Part shown: positions 50,468-58,750 of the stretch, in pieces
Numbering within the stretch: the first letter of the stretch is position 1
How the letters are laid out: the number at the start of each line of letters is the position of its first letter
Source: Bdellovibrionales bacterium
Lineage (GTDB): Bacteria; Bdellovibrionota; Bdellovibrionia; Bdellovibrionales; JAUICD01
Direction: 5' to 3'
NCBI GenBank assembly: GCA_965203275.1
Contig: OZ241865.1
Coordinates: 2,112,001 to 2,176,000, forward strand
DNA: 64,000 nt
The notes under the pieces: model-generated
Told to the model about the DNA's origin: nothing
Database searches by the model: none
What the model saw: the letters and a program-made list of their open reading frames with translations, nothing else
Translations under genes and position numbers: made by a program

Positions 50468-51352
50468 TGTTTCACTAAAAGTGGTCTGTTTCCCTAAAAG
50501 TAAACTGACCTCTGTTTCACTAAAAGTAAACTGACCTCTGGTCACTTTTGGGCGATGACCACGACGACTGTCGTCGTCGATAAAATGGTCATCACCTCAA
50601 AAGTCCGTTTACTTTTAGTAGGGGAGGATCCTCTCGTCTCTTAACACAATGTTAAGGGTTTGTCTCACTAAAAGTAAACTGACCTCTGGTCACTTTTGGG
50701 CGATGACCACGACGACTGTCGTCGTCGATAAAATGGTCATCACCTCAAAAGTCCGTTTACTTTTAGTAGGGGAGGATCCTCTCGTCTCTTAACACAATGT
50801 TAAGGGTTTGTCTCACTAAAAGTAAACTGACCTCTGGTCACTTTTGGGCGATGACCACGACGACTGTCGTCGTCGATAAAATGGTCATCACCTCAAAAGT
50901 CCGTTTACTTTTAGTAGGGGAGGATCCTCTCGTCTCTTAACACGATGTTAAGGGTTTGTCTCACTAAAAGTAAACTGACCTCTGGTCACTTTTGGTCATC
51001 ACCTCAAAAGTCCGTTTACTTTTAGTAGGGGAGGATCCTCTCGTCTCTTAACACGATGTTAAGGGTTTGTCTCACTAAAAGTAAACTGACCTCTGGTCAC
51101 TTTTGGGCGATCGATAAAATGGTCATCACCTCAAAAGTCCGTTTACTTTTAGTAGGGGAGGATCCTCTCGTCTCTTAACACGATGTTAAGGGTTTGTCTC
51201 ACTAAAAGTAAACTGACCTCTGGTCACTTTTGGGCGATGACCACGACGACTGTCGTCGTCGATAAAATGGTCATCACCTCAAAAGTCCGTTTACTTTTAG
51301 TAGGGAGGATCCCTTCGTTTCTTTACTCCATGTTAAGGAAAAAGTTCCTTCA
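50468..51352 (-). repeat. Family A tandem array, six units (148, 148, 148, 111, 127 bp plus a terminal copy)
   Basis: taaaagtaaactgacc at 50521, 50669, 50817, 50965, 51076 and 51203. Confidence 0.95.
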
Positions 51353-51582
51353 TCAAGGCTGGCAACCTCATAAAACTTCAAATAAAAAAAGAGACCACAA
51401 GGCCCCCTTTTGTCTAAATACATAGAAAAGATTTAGTTTTCATATCTACAAAGATAGACATTGTCTTTAAGTGTGTCTAAAAGAGACAATAAAAAATATA
51501 AAAATTTTATAAAACCCACAATAACCCCACTTTTAAAGGTTAAACTTTGATAGCTCGCATCATTTATTGACCCACACACCAC

Positions 51583-51675
51583 AATCTTCAAAACCAATAT
51601 GGCTGGACGGCTTTAACGCATGCTAAGGACACTGATATTGTAAGACTATTAAAAGAGGCCGGGGTTACAAAATAA
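51583..51675 (+). pseudogene. Orphan 3' end of an ankyrin gene
   Basis: NLQNQYGWTALTHAKDTDIVRLLKEAGVTK*, homologous to the ends of 4962-6104 and 40041-40733. Confidence 0.8.
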
Positions 51676-51736
51676 GACCAATTCTATATTTGTCTCAAAA
51701 TAAGAATTTTTTTTTATCTTTTATCAAATAAATCAT

Positions 51737-51763
51737 TTAGTAAGTCAAAAGTCCTGCCGATAC
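51737..51763 (+). promoter_or_regulatory. sigma28 promoter
   Basis: TTAG-N15-GCCGATAC. Confidence 0.6.
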
Positions 51764-51799
51764 TTTCTTTAGGTATACTTTTAAGAAAGGAAACAAAAT

Positions 51800-52432
51800 A
51801 TGAAACAATCAGGCTTTTCTTTGTTAGAGTTATTAATAGTCGTAAGCATAATTGGTCTTTTAAGTGTTGTGGCAATCCCACAATATCAAAAGTATAAAAG
51901 AAAAGCTATGCAAACAGAGGCTAAAACTACTCTAGCTATTCTTTACACAATGCAATCATCTTTTATAATAAATCACGGATACGGGACTCCAAACTTTTCT
52001 CAAATTGGATTTTATCCTAAAGGTACTTATTGGTATAACACCGGCTGGAATGGTAACGATCGATATAGAGGACAAAACAATATCAATAAAACATCCGAGT
52101 CTAATCTACCCAATTTGTCACCAGAATACGAAGGCCCGTTAGCAAAGACTTGTCAGCCAACCTGGACTTGCAATTCGGTAAACATAAGAGGGGCGTGCGA
52201 TCGTGTCAATAGACAGCAAGGCAAGCCTTGTTTTCTTAGAACACCATCTAATGGTAGAATTGTGGCATTAAGAACAGTTGATAAATCACAGATCGGAGAG
52301 GGAACAGGAACTAGGGACGTGGTCGTAGATAATAATGGCTATAAGGATGTGGAGTTTATAATTGGAGCTATAAATATGTATGACGATAAGTGGATTATAA
52401 CCGAAAATCAAAAGCTGGTTAATATTCCTTAA
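51800..52432 (+). CDS. Type IV pilin (PilA-like)
   Basis: QSG/FSLLELLIVVSIIGLLSVVAIPQYQKY..A.QTEAK. Confidence 0.92.
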   Translation: MKQSGFSLLELLIVVSIIGLLSVVAIPQYQKYKRKAMQTEAKTTLAILYTMQSSFIINHGYGTPNFSQIGFYPKGTYWYNTGWNGNDRYRGQNNINKTSESNLPNLSPEYEGPLAKTCQPTWTCNSVNIRGACDRVNRQQGKPCFLRTPSNGRIVALRTVDKSQIGEGTGTRDVVVDNNGYKDVEFIIGAINMYDDKWIITENQKLVNIP

Positions 52433-52467
52433 TCCCTTTTGTCTTTATTGCCTTTTTTCAAACAACT

Positions 52468-52820
52468 TTATTTTTGCAGGCTATCAAACTCAGGTTTCAT
52501 CATGCGATTATAATGTCTTTCATATCCACTCTCTTTAAAAACCAACTGAAATGCTTCTTTGAAATTTTCATAATCAAGCTCTTTTGTATCAGATATATTT
52601 TGACTGTCAGAATGAGACTCTCTATTTATGTAGCGATGAAAGGCTTGGTATTTTGATTCTTTAAATTTTTCAAAAACTTCATTTAAGTCTTCTTTTTCAA
52701 TAAAATTCAATAAAACCAAAAAAAATATTCAAGACGCATGCCATTTGCCATTAAGGCTCGTGGTTGCTGGCGGTCTTTTACAATACTCCAGTAAGAATGT
52801 CAAGTTATTTTTCAATTGGT
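52468..52820 (-). pseudogene. 3' remnant of an AAA_13/RloC-like ATPase gene
   Basis: HSYWSIVKD..LMANGMR..EYFF (frameshifted), then YINRESHSD..F..VF..GYERHY..MM. Confidence 0.6.
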
Positions 52821-52823
52821 TAA

Positions 52824-54530
52824 ATGATTGCAATAAAAAAACAATTAAGGCAAACTGCAAAATTGATGAATAAAATTTTGACCTACCTCCTCCAAAGCCA
52901 TAGATTTTTGAGACATTGTTTGTTTCGCCAAGACCTTAAACATTCAAAAGAAACTCATACAGATGTATTTCATTCTGCTACTATTATGGCAGCAGGAACA
53001 TTAACAAGTCGATCTGTAGCTCTTATCAGAGAAATGGTTCTGGCTGCTTATTTCCCTCGCTTTGTCACTGATATATGGATTGTAGCACTACGTATTCCCA
53101 ATCTCTGTCGTCGCCTCTTTGGCGAAGGAGCTTTATCCGTAGCCTTTATTCCTATCTTTGTAGAACTTTTGGAAAATAATTCTAAAGATCAAGCTAAAAA
53201 ACTTGTTGATGCCGTTTTTAGCATCATGCTCATTTCTCTCTTAACCATTTTTATGCTAGGTCTCATATTTGCTCCTCAAATTGTCCATTGGCTGACTGCT
53301 GGAGAGGGCTTTGCACAAATAGAAAACAAAGTAGCTCTGACTATTTACTTTACTCGCATTATGATGGTCTTTTTGATTTTGGTTTGTCTCTATGCCTTTT
53401 TTATGTCCATTCAAAACAGCTTCAAACAATTTGCTATACCTGCCCTTGCCCCTGTATTTTTTAATTTGTCTATTGTAGTCGCAGCTCTTTTACCTTCTAA
53501 TTTATTTGATGTGTCAGGTGAAGTTTTAGCTTGGGCTGTAGTTATAGGTGGCATTTTGCAGTTAGCCGTTATGATCCCAGGTGTATACCATCTAGGCTAC
53601 TTACCACGCTTCCGTTTGAAACAAAGTTTAACCTTTAAGCCTGTCAGAAAAGTCTTTCAAAAACTTTTACCTAGTGTCATAGGTGTTGGAGTCTTACAGC
53701 TAACTGTTTTAGTTAATACAAGATTTGCAAGTTATTTACAAGAAGGTGCAAATTCTTGGATATTTTGGGCAGATCGCTTATTAGAACTCCCATTATCCTT
53801 AATAGCTGTCAGTATGGGGACAGCTCTCTTGCCTACATTATCAAAATACTCTGCTCAAAAACAAATGAATGAAATATCTGACTTAATCCATCAAAGTCTT
53901 AGATATGTATTGTTTTTAGGGATACCTGCAAGTATAGCCTTTTTTATACTCTCAGAGCTTTTAGTGCAGGTCATATTTCAAAGAGGGCATTTCAAACTTG
54001 AAGATGTCATGTACACATCTGCTGTGTTGCGTATTTATGGGATAGGTATTGTAGCTTATGGAAGCATCCGTGTATTACAACCAGCTTTTTATGCTATTCA
54101 AAACACATGGATTCCTGCATTGATATCCGCTATCTGTTTAGCTTTTCATATTCTACTAGCATCTTATCTGTTAGAAAGTTATAAAATTGAAGGACTTGCT
54201 TTTTCATCTATAGTTAGTGCTATGCTCAATATGTTTTTTTTACTTTTAATGTATAAGTTTTTCATTGGTCCTTTAGAATACTTAAAAATGTTTCTTTATT
54301 TGATACGTATATTACTGGCTGCTTTTGTTATGGCCGTAGGATTAAAAATAACTGTGTTTTATTTTTCTCCTGAGAGTATAGGTTTGCGTTTTTTGCTTTT
54401 GTGTGTGACTTGTTTGATAGGCTTGATATGTTATTTTAAAACAGCACTGTACCTTCAATGTCCAGAAGCTACAAATATTTTAAATAGAATAAAAAATATC
54501 CAATGGCTTAAATTTTTTAATAAAAAGTGA
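52824..54530 (+). CDS. murJ: Lipid II flippase
   Basis: TLTSR..RE, RIPNL.RRLFGEGALS.AFIP, ADRLLELP; the true start is probably downstream. Confidence 0.95.
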   Translation: MIAIKKQLRQTAKLMNKILTYLLQSHRFLRHCLFRQDLKHSKETHTDVFHSATIMAAGTLTSRSVALIREMVLAAYFPRFVTDIWIVALRIPNLCRRLFGEGALSVAFIPIFVELLENNSKDQAKKLVDAVFSIMLISLLTIFMLGLIFAPQIVHWLTAGEGFAQIENKVALTIYFTRIMMVFLILVCLYAFFMSIQNSFKQFAIPALAPVFFNLSIVVAALLPSNLFDVSGEVLAWAVVIGGILQLAVMIPGVYHLGYLPRFRLKQSLTFKPVRKVFQKLLPSVIGVGVLQLTVLVNTRFASYLQEGANSWIFWADRLLELPLSLIAVSMGTALLPTLSKYSAQKQMNEISDLIHQSLRYVLFLGIPASIAFFILSELLVQVIFQRGHFKLEDVMYTSAVLRIYGIGIVAYGSIRVLQPAFYAIQNTWIPALISAICLAFHILLASYLLESYKIEGLAFSSIVSAMLNMFFLLLMYKFFIGPLEYLKMFLYLIRILLAAFVMAVGLKITVFYFSPESIGLRFLLLCVTCLIGLICYFKTALYLQCPEATNILNRIKNIQWLKFFNKK

Positions 54531-54537
54531 GTCTTAG

Positions 54538-55434
54538 ATGATAAAAATTTATATATTTTTTTTCTCTATAATATTTTTTAAGGGTTTGGTTTTTGCAGAA
54601 GATAGCTTGCTACCCCCTCCAAGCTCCTTAAGTTTATATGAGATTTTTAAACACAATCAGACTTTAGATAACATCATAGCAAGACAAAAAACACAGCAAC
54701 CATCTTCAAGCAATAAAGAGCAGATGTCTTTGGAAGCAAAGATACAAGATCAAGAGTTTAACATTCAAAAATCTGAACGTGATTTTTTTGAAAGACTGTT
54801 AGCAAAATATCCTGATCAGATCGTTTTACATTATAATTTTGCTTGGTTTTTTATAAATAAGCAGAAAACCATAAGCCAGTTTAACTTTGTTTTAAAATCA
54901 AAAACATTTGATGAGCTGAGGTTTATGTCTGCTTTTAATATAGGGACTTTATATGGATTTGACAAAAAATTGCATACTGAAGATGAAAGCCGACTTGATC
55001 GAGCCCTTCAATATTATCAGATGGCTTTAGATATAAAACCAGACTCTCAAGAAACAAAACAAAATATTGAGATGCTCTTTCTACAACAAGCTAGACAACA
55101 ACAAACTGAATCTTCACAACAAGACAGCTCCCAAGAAAATAATAAACAGCAACAACAAGATAAATCTCAAAAGCAAGGTCAAAAAAATGAAACCTCTCAT
55201 CAAAAAAAGTCCGATAAAAATGGTCAAAAAGAAGAGCCAAAACAAGAATTTCAAAGCCAAAAATTAAGCAAAAGAGATGTACAAGATATTTTAGAAGAAC
55301 TCAAACAACAAGAGCAGAAGATTTGGCAAGAACTTATTCGCAAGCAAAGTCAAAATAATCAAGCCCGACCTTTGCCCAACAAGATGTTTAAAGAACAACA
55401 GTCTCAAGACAAAGCTTTAGAAAAGGATTGGTAA
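54538..55434 (+). CDS. BatC-like TPR protein
   Basis: FNIG..AL..Y..AL.I.P...K.N.E, Q-rich linker, C-terminal EKDW. Confidence 0.8.
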   Translation: MIKIYIFFFSIIFFKGLVFAEDSLLPPPSSLSLYEIFKHNQTLDNIIARQKTQQPSSSNKEQMSLEAKIQDQEFNIQKSERDFFERLLAKYPDQIVLHYNFAWFFINKQKTISQFNFVLKSKTFDELRFMSAFNIGTLYGFDKKLHTEDESRLDRALQYYQMALDIKPDSQETKQNIEMLFLQQARQQQTESSQQDSSQENNKQQQQDKSQKQGQKNETSHQKKSDKNGQKEEPKQEFQSQKLSKRDVQDILEELKQQEQKIWQELIRKQSQNNQARPLPNKMFKEQQSQDKALEKDW

Positions 55435-55548
55435 ATATGCAGGACTTATGTAGGGTGCATATTTAACAAAAATTAAAGTTATCTGAAGTTTTTACCGAAC
55501 AATTAAATGTACCTTTACAAGTAGTATGAAATAAGAGGGGAAATTATA

Positions 55549-57096
55549 ATGACTAAAATAATGACTAAAAAACCAAAAAGTAAAAGCATGTCACATCAAC
55601 AAAGGACATACTTGCTACTTATTTGTCTTACATTTTTGTTTATTGGATTCCAAAATTGTGGTCGAGATAACGCTCTAGAGAGTGATTCAGAGAATCCATC
55701 CACTCCTACAGCGTCGCCTTCACCCACACCGGCAAAAATTAAAAAAATATATACAGGTATTCAACATAACTGTTCTTTAGATGATGCAGGGCAGGTAAAA
55801 TGCTGGGGACTCAATGATAGTGGTCAGTTAGGTCAAGGTCATATAACAGATATTGGTACTTCAAGCGATCACATAACAGATTTAGATGATATCAATTTAG
55901 ATTCCAAACATAAAAGTGTGTCTCTTGCTCTGGGGGATAAATATAGCTGTAGCCTTTTAGATAACGATCATGTTAAGTGCTGGGGGCTTAATAATAAAGG
56001 TCAGTTAGGTTATAACAACACAGAAGATTTAGGTGATGAACCTAATGAAATGGGATCTCACCTGGCCATTGTAGGTGGTACGAATTTCAAAGTTAGATCG
56101 ATTGCATCAGGATATAGCCATACCTGTGTGATTATGAAAAAGTCTGGCCAAACCAATGCAGGACCAGTCAAATGCTGGGGAGAAAATAACTATGGTCAGT
56201 TGGGTCAAGGCAATACTAACAATATTAAGACTCCAAGTGACCATGAAAATATCGATCTTGGACATGATAGTATAGCTCTTGCTACTGGTCATAAACACAC
56301 TTGTGCTTTGCTCGATAATGACTGTGTGAAATGCTGGGGAGGCAATGATTTTGGTCAGTTAGGTTACGAAGACCTTGATAGTCGGGGTGATGCATCAAAT
56401 GAAATGGGGTCTAACTTAGACCCTGTAGGAGGTCAAGAGTTTAAAGTTAAGGCTATTGTAGCAGGACATAGCCATACCTGTGTGATCAGAAAGAACTTTG
56501 GTTCAGTGACTGATGTAGAAGGTAAAGTGCAATGTTGGGGGAATAACAACAAGGGGCAATTAGGTCAAGGTAATATAGACACTCTAGGTGATGATGCCGA
56601 TGAAATTACAGATTTACAGTTTGTTGATTTAGGTTCAAATCGTAAAGCTAAGTCTATTTTTGCAGGGGAAAATCATACCTGTGCAAGGTTAGATAATGAT
56701 CATTTAAAATGCTGGGGAGAAAATAAATTTGGTCAGCTAGGTCAAGGTTCTACCAATGACATTGGTAACGAAGCTAATGAAATGGGTGATGAATTGATGA
56801 GCGTCCCTATTGCTGCTAGTCGTACTCTTGCTAGTGTACCATCTGATCAAGTAGATCATACAATATCTGTTGGTGGTCATAATACTTGTTTTATCTTAGA
56901 TGATTTCAAAGCAAGATGCTGGGGTGATAATTTTTCTGGTCAGTTAGGTCAAAATCATGCATGTTCTCTAGGCAACGGCAAAGGCTATTTTGCAGAAGGG
57001 GCAGATGCTCAAGCTCAATGTGACCCTCCTAGCAATACTCCAGAAGATAAAGTGGTTGGACACACTGTCGACAAAATCAATCCTATAGATCTCTAA
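55549..57096 (+). CDS. RCC1/BLIP-II beta-propeller repeat lipoprotein
   Basis: Seven HTC...KCWG.N..GQLG repeats; FQNC leader. Confidence 0.92.
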   Translation: MTKIMTKKPKSKSMSHQQRTYLLLICLTFLFIGFQNCGRDNALESDSENPSTPTASPSPTPAKIKKIYTGIQHNCSLDDAGQVKCWGLNDSGQLGQGHITDIGTSSDHITDLDDINLDSKHKSVSLALGDKYSCSLLDNDHVKCWGLNNKGQLGYNNTEDLGDEPNEMGSHLAIVGGTNFKVRSIASGYSHTCVIMKKSGQTNAGPVKCWGENNYGQLGQGNTNNIKTPSDHENIDLGHDSIALATGHKHTCALLDNDCVKCWGGNDFGQLGYEDLDSRGDASNEMGSNLDPVGGQEFKVKAIVAGHSHTCVIRKNFGSVTDVEGKVQCWGNNNKGQLGQGNIDTLGDDADEITDLQFVDLGSNRKAKSIFAGENHTCARLDNDHLKCWGENKFGQLGQGSTNDIGNEANEMGDELMSVPIAASRTLASVPSDQVDHTISVGGHNTCFILDDFKARCWGDNFSGQLGQNHACSLGNGKGYFAEGADAQAQCDPPSNTPEDKVVGHTVDKINPIDL

Positions 57097-57312
57097 TTTT
57101 GGTGACTTTTAATTTTGAATAAGATAGCAAATTAAAAATTGCTTGGAATTAAAGTGGATTTTTTAATTTGGTATGCTATTTTTAACTTGATAAGCTATGC
57201 TATAGATGTTAGTTTGTGAAAATTAAAATAAACAGAATTACAGAATTGAATTACAGAATTTAAGATGAAGATATCAAAGCCTAAGAAACCCTAGGAAACT
57301 CAGAGAAACATT

Positions 57313-58572
57313 ATGCCATCTTTAGATTTTAAAGGCAAATCTGAAATTTATTCTCATCATTTGACAGTACCTTGTTATCCTTTAAAAATAGATAGCAAAA
57401 AGTCTTTTGGTTTTCAAAATGGTACATCACAGTGGACCCCTTCCCTCAACGACAATTTGATCATTCATGGTGATAATCTTTATGCTCTTAAGTCTCTTTT
57501 GCCTCAATATGCAGGTCGGATCAAATGCATTTACATTGACCCACCTTATAATACAGGGAATGAAAAATGGAAATACAATGACAATGTCAACTCTCCTTTA
57601 ATGAAGACATGGCTTGGTCAAGTTGTGGATTTAGACGATCTTGAAAAGCATGATAAATGGCTTTGCATGATGTGGCCTCGGTTGCAGTTGCTCAAAGAAC
57701 TTCTTGCTGAAAATGGTGTTATTTTTGTTTCTATTGATGATCATGAGCAATGCCGGTTACAAATGATGATGAATGAAATTTTTGGAGAAAAAAATTGCAT
57801 CACAACCCTTATCAAGCCTACAAAGATTGGCGGAGGGAATAACTCAAAACACATAGTAAAGAGTCACGAATATATTTTGGTTTATGCTCAAAGCAAGTCA
57901 CAATTAATGCCTCTGTTTGTCAAACATCAAAAAGATTATCTTAAAAGATATAGAGAAAGAGATAAAAAAGGTAGGTTCTTTTGGGATACACTTAATCGTC
58001 CTGGCTTGAGAAATGCTCATTATAGTATCACAGCTCCTGATGGCACTGCTATTGAAGGGTCTTGGATATGGTCCAAAAAGCGAGTAGAAAAAGCTATCCA
58101 ATTAGGTGAAATTAGAATAGAAAAGATCAATCGTAAATGGAGTGTGCATTTTAAACAAAGACTTAATATAAAGGGTAAAAAATTAACTAGCCTGTTAAGT
58201 CGAGAATTAGTTGGAGGGACAATAGAAGGAAGCCGTGAAATGAAAGATATATTTCATAATGCATATATATTTCCTTACCCTAAATCATCTCATTTAATTA
58301 AGTTTCTTTTAGAGAGTTTAAACTGTCAAGATGCCATTGTTTTAGACTCTTTTGCTGGCACAGGTACAACAGCTCATGCTGTTTTGCAGTTGAATCAAGA
58401 AGACGGAGGCCAGCGTAAATTTATTCTTGTTGAATGTGAAGATTATGCTCATACAATCACAGCTGAACGGGTACGTAAAGTGATCAAAGGTATTCCTCAA
58501 TCTCAAAATAAGAAGCTTCAAAAAAAAATGAAAGGTTCTTTTACTTATTGTCAATTAGATTTTAATACTTAA
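57313..58572 (+). CDS. Type III R-M Mod-like methyltransferase lacking the C-terminal domain
   Basis: GDNL.AL, YIDPPYNTG, FVSIDD.E, FPYPK, DSFAGTGTT; ends about 110 aa earlier than its paralog. Confidence 0.9.
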   Translation: MPSLDFKGKSEIYSHHLTVPCYPLKIDSKKSFGFQNGTSQWTPSLNDNLIIHGDNLYALKSLLPQYAGRIKCIYIDPPYNTGNEKWKYNDNVNSPLMKTWLGQVVDLDDLEKHDKWLCMMWPRLQLLKELLAENGVIFVSIDDHEQCRLQMMMNEIFGEKNCITTLIKPTKIGGGNNSKHIVKSHEYILVYAQSKSQLMPLFVKHQKDYLKRYRERDKKGRFFWDTLNRPGLRNAHYSITAPDGTAIEGSWIWSKKRVEKAIQLGEIRIEKINRKWSVHFKQRLNIKGKKLTSLLSRELVGGTIEGSREMKDIFHNAYIFPYPKSSHLIKFLLESLNCQDAIVLDSFAGTGTTAHAVLQLNQEDGGQRKFILVECEDYAHTITAERVRKVIKGIPQSQNKKLQKKMKGSFTYCQLDFNT

Positions 58573-58621
58573 ACACAATGTTTATACCGACAATCAAGCA
58601 AGCTACCCTAGGTTTAGAAGG

Positions 58622-58712
58622 AGCTTTTTCTTTAACATTTCACTCAAAATGCATCATGCCTCTGGCATGTTTTTGGACAATGACCGCGTTTGTTTCACTA
58701 AAAATAAACAAA
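58622..58712 (-). repeat. Family A fragments
   Basis: ctttaacat|ttcactcaaaatgcatcatgcctctggcatg...tgaccgcg...ttcactaaaaataaac. Confidence 0.8.
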
Positions 58713-58750
58713 TTTTTGAGACATTTTAAGAAGCTTTACTTGTAATGATT

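Noticed and set aside
50468..51352. CRISPR array
   Set aside because: Units are about 148 bp and near-identical with no unique spacers, and there are no cas genes; the same applies to the 7.2, 24.8 and 36.1 kb arrays
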